64,000 nucleotides of DNA from positions 110,114,001-110,178,000 of the forward strand of contig NW_024704742.1 in NCBI RefSeq assembly GCF_018977255.1, read 5' to 3'. Positions 1 to 11,337 of this stretch are shown one piece after another. The notes under the pieces were generated by a model. It was given only the letters and a program-made list of their open reading frames with translations, was not told the DNA's origin and did no database searches. This DNA is from Callorhinchus milii (lineage: Eukaryota). Within the stretch, counting starts at the first letter, position 1, and every line of letters begins with the position of its first letter. A program made the position numbers and the translations under genes.

Positions 1-2
1 TT

Positions 3-171
3 CTAGCCTGCAAGACCATGTCAGTCTGTGTGGCATGATGGAAAGTTCTTAAAATCAGTCTTAATTTGGTAGCTGGTTTTCTGTCTTCTCAAAAATAACT
101 AATAACCAAATTAAGACTGAATTCAAGAGATTTCTACAGTGCAGCTTGATCTTAATGTTTAAGACAATATG
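3..171. repeat. Palindromic (hairpin) element, copy 1
   Basis: Perfect 16-bp inverted repeat TCAGTCTTAATTTGGT (55-70) / ACCAAATTAAGACTGA (105-120); similar to 49589-49788. Confidence 0.7.
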
Positions 172-479
172 TGGACCCACCTGGCTCAGTCACCAGCCTC
201 AAAACTCCTTGCAAGGCTCTTAGTGAGCAGCATGATTGAAACATGAAATGCATGAGAGCATTGCCACCATCCTCCTGCCCACAGCTTGGACAAACATCCC
301 TACCCATTGAGCCGTGTCTCCACCAATTGAAAATTTAGCATTTCATCAGCAGTTGGTTAACTTTCTGTGCACCAATCAAGGTAACCACAAGGCCTGGATT
401 CCTGAGTATGTGCTCACAAACTTGATTCCAGATAACATCTTCCAGCATTTGTGGTCTCAAGCCTCAACCTTTTCTCACT

Positions 480-775
480 GGCTAGTTGATGCACATCTGA
501 CTTCAGGGTGGTGGGAGGATCTGTCCATGACATCTCGTGACATCAGCCACCTTGATGTGATCCACATTCAATGCCACATACTAGGCTTAGTAACACCAAC
601 AGCATAATGCAGGTCCTCAAGTGAGGGGTCTTGGTAAAGAGATCAGGTCAATGTAGATTGGAGTACTCCTTCTTGGTGATTGATATTCTTTTTACCACAA
701 ATGCACCCCACTGCTCAGGGCTAAATGTCCCAAACTGGCCAAAGCACACCTCTCCATTTCATGGCCTGGAGCTTA
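480..775 (+). mobile_element. Highly decayed DIRS1-like retrotransposon remnant (RNase H end and methyltransferase-like region)
   Basis: Ordered motifs across frameshifts with plausible spacing: HI*LQGGGR (492-518, cf. YINxQGGTRS), HILGL (575-589, cf. HIPGxxN), IDILFTTNA (679-, cf. IDLFASxxN), LSISWP (~750-767). Confidence 0.45.
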
Positions 776-1089
776 GAACCATGTGGGAGTATAGTTTGTA
801 TACATGGCTTATTCGACAGAAGTTTAATCTTGCAATGGAACTTTATTGTCAGTGAAGAGAGACAAGGATGACCAATGTTCTTCACCCCTTCTCAGCACAA
901 TCTCACACTTGGGGACATCCACCATCAAATCCTACCTGTTGACCCAGTGTTCAAGATGGTGAGTATAGTGCTAGTTAATTACATGAACACTCAGTAGAAA
1001 CTCATTGATAGAGCCAACACTTTACTACTTCTTTGAAATACTGATACTCCCTTCTGATTATTACTAATTCAGTGACACCAAGATCACCT

Positions 1090-1350
1090 AAGTGTCGGTC
1101 TGGCTAAGTTAGTAGTACACTTGTCGCCAAGCTAGAAGATTGTGGGTTCAAGTCACACATTGGGATTCTGAGTTAATTTGGCTGATACTCCTCCAATGGT
1201 GTCCTCAAGGAGTACTGCATTCTTGGGGGTGCTGTACATTGGATGAGATGTTAAATTGAGGTCCTGTCTTCCTGTCAGATGGATGTTAAAGATTGCATGA
1301 AACTATTCAAAAAGAGAAGAGTTTCTCCTGAGAAGAGGTGTCCTGACCAG
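1090..1350 (+). mobile_element. Old Deu-domain SINE (SacSINE1/AmnSINE1-like), tRNA head plus Deu core
   Basis: GGCTAAGTTAGTAG...GGGTTCAAGTC head, then GGATGAGATGTTAAATTGAGGTCCTGTC...GGATGTTAAAGAT...GGTGTCCTGACC typical of the Deu domain. Confidence 0.75.
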
Positions 1351-1846
1351 ATAGCCAGTGGGCTATTAGCTAAACCTGCATTTTAATCCTCAATATGAGT
1401 TAAACATTACAAGCTATCACAGAATCAAATACATAAATATACACATATTCCAGAGTGTGTTAAAGTATATAGGTGATTTGAAATGATGACTTTTCTTTTA
1501 CTGTGAACTGCAACTGAAAATTAAAATAAATATACTGGTTATATTTTTCTCGTTGTTCCTTATGTAGATACAAATTTTTTGTATAGAGTTTAGATTTTTT
1601 CAGTTTCAGATAACTATCAAGTGGAAGTGGGAGTGTGCTACAAGTTTGCAACACACTTCGGGAATTTGAGTGACAATTGCATCTAAGAAAGAAGCTTCAG
1701 ATTGTCATTACAATCCACATCCAGCAAATCCCCAACCCTCCCAAATGCAGTACATTAGCTAGAATGTACACAGAGCAAATTATTATTCCTGCTCAGATGT
1801 GCCCAATTGTTACTTCAATGTCAGACTATGTGATGTCAGATACCAT

Positions 1847-1952
1847 CGCCCACAAATATGCAGTCAATTCACTTTACAGTATATTCTGTGAAGTGCTTTG
1901 AGACGTCTAGAAAATGTGAAAAGCGCGATATCAAATGCAAGGATTATTATTG
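1847..1952 (+). mobile_element. 5'-truncated young SINE (tail only)
   Basis: Matches the 3' third of the full-length copies, ending ATCAAATGCAAGGATTATTATT. Confidence 0.9.
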
Positions 1953-2049
1953 TCATCAATACTATTATGGGAGGATTCAGATTGTGATACAGTTTAGGGA
2001 TTCAATGGGCTGGACTGACACGGAAAAGAGGATTTTATCAAATAAGTAC

Positions 2050-2300
2050 ACTGTTTAATAGGCATACAATACTCCTGTATATACATACATACTATATAAT
2101 GTGCTACAATACTCCTCATATATTATACTTTAATACACTCTGTTTTACTAAATAATACCCTTTGTTTTACAGATATACAACTCCGTTTATATTATACAAT
2201 GGTGTACTCTGTTTCACAGAATTAGAACCTCATGTATCCTCGTGTGTAATACAATAAAAGATTTTCTTTCACAGAGGTACAAGGCCTTCTGTGTACAATT
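2050..2300. repeat. Degenerate minisatellite / low-complexity tract (ATACAATACTCC-like unit)
   Basis: Recurrent tacaatactcc / tacactctgttt / ttttacaga variants. Confidence 0.5.
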
Positions 2301-3969
2301 CCCACTTCTTATAGCATAATATGCACTGGTCAGGACACACAGCAAAATGCACATGAAGATATAGTTTAAAATGTTTTGTCATGGAGCTCAATTTTATGGT
2401 AAGCTCCTTGACCTTTAAAGCCATGAACTATTGCTTTATTTCATGGACAATCAAAACTTTTCTTTTGATTCAGAAGTTGCAGTATTGTTTTTGAGTCCTC
2501 CCACTTGCAATTCCTGTGCTCCGATTGCCTCAGTGTGGAAAGATTTTTTGCTGTCAATTTGAAATAATGAGACAAACCAAAGGTGAGTGGAAGACAAAAC
2601 TGATCAGCAGGTCATTCAATGTGTGTAACTCCAGATTTAAAATTACATTGGCATTCTTTAATTTACTCACAGAACATGTTTCCTGAAGGGATAAGTAAAC
2701 TGTAAGACTCAACAGCCTTACAGCCAGCAAATCGTGGGGTGGGTATAAATACACTTGGTGCTGTCCTTTTATCTTCCTCCCCCCTCCATCCCCCAACCCC
2801 CCCCAGCATTTTTGTTTCTTCTTGATATGTGGGAGCTAGAAGACCTTCAAGAACACGTTATCAACTTAATAACATTACTTTAACAAAATATTTCTGTCAA
2901 AATATCCAAGAGTTCACACATGTAATGCTGAGCATGGTTACAAGAACAATTGTGTGAGACAGACACAATCTCCAGAGTTAACATGCCTTTCTTCACAGCT
3001 AACTTGACAATAAGTATGTTGCACTCCTATAAGCTAATCACCTTTGGCACTGCATGGAAAAGTCACACCTTATCTTTCAGGCATTGCTTTACCTTACCAA
3101 AGAGAATTTTTCTTTTCTTTTTCTTTTTGATTATAGAGGGCCTCTTAATCAAACTAAGCTCAGCCTCCGTATCCCAGGGGCAGCATCTCTTAGCTCCCTG
3201 TCAAACTGCGTTGAAACACAATCAATCTTGTTCTTGTGCTTGGATGGCGGAAGTGCCACAACACGAACAGTGTGCTGCTTTGCTCACGCCGTGAAGCCTG
3301 GGTGACAAAAGTTTTTACAAGAAGCTGACTGTACTTAGGGTTATGAATATGCAATGACTCTCATTAGCATTGAAGCGCTGGAGCTGGGGCTGACACCCTG
3401 AGCCACTTCTAGCTGCTGCTGAATTGTATAATGAATTGTCTCTCTTTCAATCAAAATCTTTTCTGTCCTGACTCCCCTTCCAAAGGGAGTCACCAGTCCA
3501 AGAATACCCGTCCGCAGAAGAAATTAATTGCATGCACCCCAGTTGTTTTTGTTAAACAACATTGCGATAGTGCTCCAAATGTCAAAATAAAAAGATGTAT
3601 TAACATTTTTGTGAGCTGGAGTGGAGGCAAATAAAACCACATGAAGGCAGTTAATGTGAAGGGAGACACAAAACATCCACCAGCCCAGCTGTTAGTTTAT
3701 TGTTGTTTTTGTGAATAGGGTTGATTCCAGCAAGGTTACTTAAAACTAACTCTCAGTTGTCTCCTCATTTGTTTTCATTCTCTTTGACAAAACCACGCTG
3801 TTTCCTATCTTCACAACTCAAATTAGAGCTAATTTGCTGTGATTTCATGCATAAGTTACAAACCTATTTGGTATTTGTTATATCAAAATAAAATTCTCTG
3901 CCAGAAAAAGGCCTCTTGTATATTTTAAAATTTTTTGTGTACAATTCTCAACCAGCGAACTTGACTTAC

Positions 3970-4007
3970 CTCTTGACCTGTCCCCCAAGAGTACACGTTC
4001 CCATTGG
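3970..4007 (-). CDS. Isolated 38-nt internal coding exon of an RCC1-repeat (RCC1-like beta-propeller) protein; gene not identifiable from this exon alone
   Basis: Minus strand: TTGTTTCTGTTTATTTTTTTCTGCAG | CC AAT GGG AAC GTG TAC TCT TGG GGG ACA GGT CAA GAG | GTAAGT. Strong acceptor and consensus donor. Phase 1 to phase 0; reads x-N-G-N-V-Y-S-W-G-T-G-Q-E, matching the RCC1 repeat pattern G-x-V-Y-S-W-G-x-x-x-x-(G-Q-L-G). Too short for the ORF track. Confidence 0.75.
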
Positions 4008-6600
4008 CTGCAGAAAAAAATAAACAGAAACAATATGGACATGTTGAAGTTAAATAACAAACACGGGTCGGGTTTAAAATAAATGCAGTTCTGACAAAAG
4101 TGGCTCAAGTATCATACATCAAACACTTGTTACCTTTTTTGGCCTTTGTGATTGCACATGACTGGGAACAAGTCAGTGATAAAATGTGAAGAAAGATGAA
4201 ACCAATCCAGCCCTTTTTAAAGATCATCAATCACTCGGTGCAACCATGATATTATTAGTTCAAGTAAAGCCCTGCTCTTCCATTTTATGGACATCATAAA
4301 ACCCCAGCTCCTCAGCCACCATGGGAATTCATTTTTATGGGAAACATCTTAGAAGGAACCAATCAGACCTAGTGATATAACAAGCTACTGAATAATTCAC
4401 AATCCTTCACTATCCTGAAATTTCTGCAGATCCAGCGAGGGGATATGTAATTGGTATACATTGGTGTTTTTGAAACAAATTATCATAGAACTATGGCGAA
4501 AGTCTGACAAACTAAAAGTTGTAATGGTCTCTCTCTGATGCTTCCAATGCATGTGTTAAAAGAGGTAGCACAAGAAGAGGAATGCTCTGTTCCCCCTAAA
4601 TAAGTTTCTTGGGGTATTAAACCACCAATCATGTTTCTCTGTATAGTAAAAATTAAACTGAATGTCAGTAATTTCTTTACTGATGGTCCTAAACTAAACG
4701 GGAATCTGCATGGCAGACATCTCTGGTTAATTAAGTTTTAATGTACGCTCCCTTGTAATGGACAATGATTCAGAGAAAGAGTAGCTCTTGGGCAGATAGG
4801 ACTCATTGATTCAGTCCATTATGAAGTTGTAAAGATCTTTAAAATATTACAACCGCTTCACCCTTCGATGCAGGGTTTTGGCTAATGTTAATGTTTACCT
4901 GGGGTTTAAGATAAAGTGCAGGTCACTGCTGATACCTTCTCTTTTAATTTTTTTTCGGGGGTGGGGTGTTGGAGGGGGAACAAGTCAAGACTTGAGGTAG
5001 TTACACAAGAAAATATTTATTGAGCCCTTCTGGTGCCTGTAAAATCTGGAGGGATTATAGAGGCGGTTTTGTGTCTGTCTCTCTCACCAATATCAATAAC
5101 TGCTAACTGAATTGTCATGAAAATCCTCCTTTCCAGTGCCTTAAGCTATCTTCCATTCTTAGCTGCACAGTAGTTTTAAAGAAATGGCATCTGATTATTG
5201 GGGGAATACAACAACTCAAGAATAATAAAAAAACTCTCATGTTAATAATACCACTTGTTAAAAGAAGTCATCTTCCCCAATTTATGGATAATTTTCACTT
5301 TGTAAGAACATTTTTCTTGACATAACAAACACCTGAGTATTTTCTGACTGGTTTCTAAAGGACGATGAAATTGATATAGTAATAAGTACATTTTTGAACG
5401 CTGGGATACTGTGCCCTTCCGGCCCACCTGCTTATAACACAGCAATAGTTATTGAATGCAGTGGGCAAGCTGGTTGATCATTGGTGAAGAGGACTGAGAG
5501 GGAAATTATAAGTTAGGCAAAAATACTTTTGAAAATAAATATAGAAAGAAAATAAGGTAACGTATGCTCCTTTGAGATGTTTTCTTGGCTTTAAAGCAAA
5601 TGGAACTCACATAACAAGAGGGTTCTATTTGTCACAGACATTAGTATAATGTTAGGATTGGTCAGTGGTGCATAACACACAAACAACAACAACAACAACT
5701 TGCAGTTATATCACACCCTTCACGGGGATTAGAGTCTCAGAACACTTAAAAAGCTACTGAAAGAGAAGCACACACTCCTCTGAACACCTGTTGTAAAGGC
5801 CAACACTTACAGCCTTAAACAAGTATGGCTCATATTACTATACTCCCCGTGATGAATGTTTTCTTTATGATTCTATGGGGTCTAATGTGTACTGATTGTT
5901 AGAAGTAGTAATCTTGGTTTGCTAAGTCTTTATAAAAGGATTTCCTGTTATAAAGATATAGCAGAAAAGATCGCTACATGTCAAGGGGTCACATAACCTT
6001 ACAAACAAGTGTTTGGAAAATGTTTTATTGGTAAGCATGCCAAGTGATGCCACAATTTCATCATTTAACAGTGATGCTATGCAACAAAAATGGTACATAG
6101 CTCTTCTCTCTCCTCAAAGCAGAGTTTGCCAAACAATCTTTTTTTTCAGGAAGACAATATAGCACTTTAAATGTACTATGTGGTTGCTTCATTTTTTTTC
6201 CACTCCCCGTCAAATTACAATGAAGTAAAGCTGAGATAACATTGTCAAATCAATCGATCAGCTTCCTATCATTACAAACTTATAGGGAGTGACACAGTAA
6301 TCCTTTTTATCAGGAGGATTCATCTTCCTGAGGTTTCAACGCTCCTGCTGACTGTAATGGAGTTTCAGCCAGAACCAGGGAAACACTCTGTTATAATGGA
6401 AGGTTTTTAATAAGTGTTAGTGAGATGACATTGACACAGGCCTGGAGCGACCACATGTGCTCCTCCCCCCATCTGGGGAATGCTACCTGGCATGTGGGTT
6501 GGGCCCAAACAGAGGGTGAATTTAGGGACAAAATAATGAGATTTAACTGGACTTATCACTTTAGAATTCTTCAAGCAGGAATCAAAATCATATTCAATGT

Positions 6601-6903
6601 TATAATCCTTGCATTTGATATAGTGCCTTTCACGTCGGGAGGATGTCCCAAAGCGCTTCACAGAATATACTGTAAAGTGAATTGACTGTATATTTGTGGG
6701 AGAACGCGGCAGCCAATTGCGCACAGCAATGTCCCACAAACAGTCGTTGATTGAAAATGACCAATTTATTATTATTTTGTTTTGGAGGGATTATTATTAG
6801 GTGTGTGGAGTAAGGAAACTTGCCCAAGGTTTCGCCCTGCCTGGAATTGAACTCAGGTCTCTCGCTTGCAAAGCAACTGCTCTAACCACTGAGCTACAGG
6901 ACC
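6601..6903 (-). mobile_element. Full-length tRNA-Ala-derived SINE (short young subfamily; resembles elephant shark SINE2-1_CM type)
   Basis: Head TGTAGCTCAGTGGTTAGAGC (A box), TGC anticodon arm, GAGTTCAATTCC (B box), ~300-bp body, L2-like stem-loop tail. Confidence 0.92.
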
Positions 6904-7186
6904 ACAAATTCTGTCCTGCCAATAATCCTATTAACAAATATTATGCTGTGATACATAAACTATTTTCTGAAAGGGTATGGACTACAATTTGTGGATGATA
7001 ATTAATGGTATTTTCTCAAAGTATAAAGAGTACATGGTGGGAGTAGGGGGAAATGTAGTCCAGGTACAATATTTTAAGGGTATTCTGTGTGTCGGGATTA
7101 AGTGGAAAATCTGCACACGCTGATTTCTCCTGCAAGTTTATTTGAGGACAAATTCCACTTGGATTTTTGAATTTACTCTCTTTCTA

Positions 7187-7347
7187 TAGCGTTTTTAAAG
7201 CATATAACATTTGGCAAATTGTTCAATTCAGTCTTGGCTTCAAAGCCATTTTTATTGTTTTCAAAGAAACTTACAGAAATTTCTGTCTTCAAAATGAAGA
7301 TTGTGTTTAAAAGAATTTGCCAAATTCTAGGATGCTTTGAAACTCTA
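7187..7347. repeat. Palindromic (hairpin) element, copy 2
   Basis: ATTTGGCAAATT (7209-7220) / AATTTGCCAAAT (7314-7325) within longer imperfect arms; contains the family core AATTCAGTCTT. Confidence 0.6.
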
Positions 7348-8691
7348 CATAATTAAGAGTAAATCTAAACCCAGGTGGAATTTCTTCAATTCCCTCCCGT
7401 CTTTTAAACATCTCCAAGTATGAGCTGAGATTGCATTGTCCTCTCAGCCAGACAGCAGCAAAACACAGGCAAAACAGCACTGAAAAGTAAAGTGTGGGCA
7501 ACACAACATACTCTTTCAGACTACCCTGATCTCTCACTGCCTCAGAAGCTAGACAGTGCTCCACAGGGTTGACAGCTGCAACTTTCGAGGAAACTGTAGA
7601 GCAAGACTGAGAGGGTAAGCAGTTTACATTGCAAGCAATTACGCTTAGCCAGACTCCTCATCATTATTTAAACGTGTATGATATATCTATAATTTTCTCT
7701 ACTCTATATTTTTATGGAAGTTTAGTGTAGGGAAAATAAGTATGAATCTCCTGCTAGTATGTTTTGTACCTGTAATTCAAACTAATGCTTCCATCAGTCA
7801 CCAGTTCATTCACGACGTTGTATACTTAAGGTGTAGGCAAGCAGCAGTTCAGTTGAATCTATTTAGAAAGCACCAACATTTACTGCCATGTTACCTCTAT
7901 TATTAAGTGCTACCATGTTCTTGGCAGAAAAAATGCACCTAACACACCTATATCTATAGAGGCCTGGTGTATGCATGAGAAACTTGATAATGTGTTTGGT
8001 TGCCTAGTGGCACTGAGTTTGCGTGGATGGCAGGAATTTGACTGACAGTAAATCTGACAAACATTGGTGCGTCTTATCAAAGCTCACCTCACCAGTGGCC
8101 AACAGTGGCTGGAAGCACCCACAAGTCATCAACCTACACCTACAGTGACAAAGCTACAAATAGCTACAATAGTGCCTGAACAGCTCAGTTTGCACTGTCC
8201 AATGCAGGGGGAAAGAGTTGTGGTGGGGAACGTTTGCGCTTTAACTTTCAGAACATATAACATAATTTTCAGCTTTAAATTGACCACCCTTTTTCAAAAT
8301 AAAAACAACTATTTCCAATGTGGGACATACGTATTGTAAAATTACTTTAACTTATTTTATCTCAACACCACCCCCAACCCTTTAGTACACAATGCTCCAT
8401 TCCTCTGTTAAGTGCTGGCGAAGTATTAAACTTTGAACAAGGTTAAGGAAACTCAACATTATCTGATTTGATTGTTCAAGGGAAACAAATGTATCTTTCT
8501 ATGAAAGAAATGCACTTTTTACATTACACTTAGATTGTGTTAGGCAAGGTCTCTGACAATTCCTTCAAAATTTCAGTGCAAAATGTGGAGCCATAAAATA
8601 AGTTAAATAGTTTCTTGACAATAGGGGAACCCCATTTTCATACCTTTTGATACAGTGCTGCCTTGCTTCCAGTGCTGTATCTCCTGCGGAA

Positions 8692-8744
8692 CTGACTAAC
8701 TGACTTCCCATGCTTCCAGCTCTGACTAACTGACTTCCCATGCT
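8692..8744. repeat. Tandem duplication (CTGACTAACTGACTTCCCATGCT x2, period 30)
   Basis: Directly visible. Confidence 0.85.
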
Positions 8745-10637
8745 AAATAATGTCTGACCTTCGGCTGATCAGTTTGCCACTGACACTACTTTCTACACGC
8801 TATGAGTTCACCCAGAAAATGTACAATTTCTGCACTTTACAGTAAATCCTGTGCAGCACTTTGAGCTGTCTTTCCGACATGAAAGGCATTGTAACCTATG
8901 TAAGGAGTATTATTTATTTATGCGCATAAAGTGCCGTTGATGTCTCTTTGCCTAGGAAGTTGCAGCAGTGGCACTTCCTGTGCCCAATAGCACATGTGCG
9001 CAATGTGCAGCTAGTAACGTCAGCAGTGACCTGGTGACCTGGAAGTTGGCCCTTCTTTCATTCTTCACTTATAAGGCAGCCACTGAGACATTGGACCCAG
9101 TCGACTGTTATAAAAGGTTGGTCTGTATTAGTGCAGCAGCAGAGCAAAGCGCAATTCACACTGACAACTAGAAGAATTCATATATTTCCCATGCCAAGGT
9201 ACCATTCATTCAGCCTCTCCGTTAATTTTACATCACTCTGGGGACTTAGTGTTTAGAGGGTTAAAGTCAGGCTCACACAGTGTTATGTGAAAAACTAACT
9301 TTTAAAAGTTTTCCTTTCTTTTTTTTACTCCACCAAATTGTGGATGGATTGCGGAATTGTGCCAAATTGCTGTTTTGAAAAGAATTTGCAGACGTTTTTA
9401 ATACGGATGCACCAGACCAGACCAATCAGGCACGCGACATAAATGGCAATAACATCTGGAACAATCAAAATACATGGAATTCAACAGCAGCCCCTCCCCC
9501 GGCAAAACATCTATATCACTTGGAAATATTTCCCTTAAGGTGAAAAGGTCAAACTCTGTTCTCCAAATGTATTTGGTAATATTTATAACAATTCTTGCAC
9601 TGCAGGCAATTGCTCCCTCTGCCATTCTGTAAAGAGTAAGATAAAATTAATCCACACGTAACTTTTTAGTAAATTGACTGAAAAGTTTCAGCCATTTGAA
9701 AATCATATCCAATGCTAAATGAGCAAAAGTTTGTCCACTGAAAAAGAGAGCAGAATATACCAAGGTGTATAAAACCGTCAAGCCCTTCTACATGTCAGGA
9801 GCATGAAGACATCACACGGTGGCCCTAAAATTCTTTAGGTGTGGATCGTTTTGTGACTCAGACAAAACGTGTCTGAGTGACATGTGTTTTTTTCCTTTCT
9901 AACACAGGAATCTAAGGTACCGAGAGAAAGCAGTGCCAAGTCACCCACAATAGCTTGAACCTTTTTCCACCATGAGGACGATTTTAATGTGATTTGTCAC
10001 AACCTATCATCAAGAAAGAAGGGATTAAATTACTTCAATAACCGGCCATGTAAAAGTGCTCATGCAGCACAATAAAAGTAGCCAGGTGTGTTTGCTGGCA
10101 ACTGCCTTCTAATGAGAACCCTGTGTTTTGCTGTGAGCTGTAATACACAGTAATACACAGTTCTCAGAGGATTAAACTGCTGAGAAAGGCAATCTAGTGC
10201 AATGGAAAGCTCAGACCAAGGACTGTCACCATGTGTAAAAACAAAGCTAGAATAGAGTCCATTTCTTAAGTGTCCAAGTACTTACATGCACCTTGGGGAG
10301 AACAGTATGAACAGGTCTCAGGAGCAAAATCTTATATAAAAAGTGCAAGTAAAGATTATAGATGCAATATTATACCTTTGACCTTGTCATAAGATGAATA
10401 TTTTCAATGATACTTGATGTAAATGTGAGTTTCATGCTGATGGATATTTTTTGTAAAAGATATATTTTTCTATAAAGGTACTGATGTACTGGTACAGGGA
10501 AGGTTCACTGCGGGAAAATGATGAGGAGGGATTGGAATTTATGTATCACTACTAAGGCTTTATATTTTTATTTTAGAGGGGGCATTTCCATAATGGGAAT
10601 CTAATAATAAGCAAGTAAATGCTCATTATTTTATAAC

Positions 10638-10904
10638 AATAATAATAATCCTTGCATTTGATATAGCGCCTCATCACGTCTTTGCGATGTCTCAAAGCCC
10701 TACCAGAATATACTGTAAAGTGAATTGACTATGTTTTGTGGGCAAAATGCATCAGTCAATTGTGCACAACAGTGTCCTACAAACAGTCATGGATTGAGTG
10801 ACCAAATTATTTGTTTTTTAAAAAGGATTATTACCCACAGAAAAGCGATCCGCCAATTGACTAACAACTGGGTTTCTACTTACTGCTCGGTAAACAAAGG
10901 CGTA
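10638..10904 (-). mobile_element. Headless copy of the long SINE subfamily
   Basis: SINE tail and body plus the extra internal segment (GCGATCCGCCAATT...GGTAAACA) shared with 24053 and 48761. Confidence 0.85.
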
Positions 10905-11171
10905 AGGATGCTTGCCCGCAGCGGTGTGCTGATCACTGGCAAATAAATAAGGTATGCACATGGGCTGATAACTGGCAAATAAAATACAGATTGCTGCATG
11001 ATGGACCCACTCTTTCACACTATGACAGGTTATCAGCATAGCTACTACAGGTGGAAACCCATTGCTGTACTTAAGAGTAACCAATCCAATTTGAAAGTTC
11101 CACAACTGCATCGATTTCTGAAATATAGCTCACAATCACAAAAGATTCCTATCGAAACATTGTATTCAAAG

Positions 11172-11337
11172 CAATAAAATTGTTCACTCACTTCACGATT
11201 GTTTACGGGACATTGCTGTGTGCAAATTGACTGTTGAGTTCACCCACAAAATACACATAGCCACGCCACTGTGAATTCCTTTGAGACATCTCAAAGACAT
11301 GATAAGGTGCTATATCAAATGCAAAGATTATTATTAT
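11172..11337 (+). mobile_element. SINE 3' half
   Basis: GGGACATTGCTGTGTGCAAATTG...TATATCAAATGCAAAGATTATTATT. Confidence 0.85.

Noticed and set aside
6407..6998. Recurrent short ORFs containing TNIQSIHFTVYSVK / GKFPYST
   Set aside because: Chance translations of the same SINE in many copies, not a gene family.
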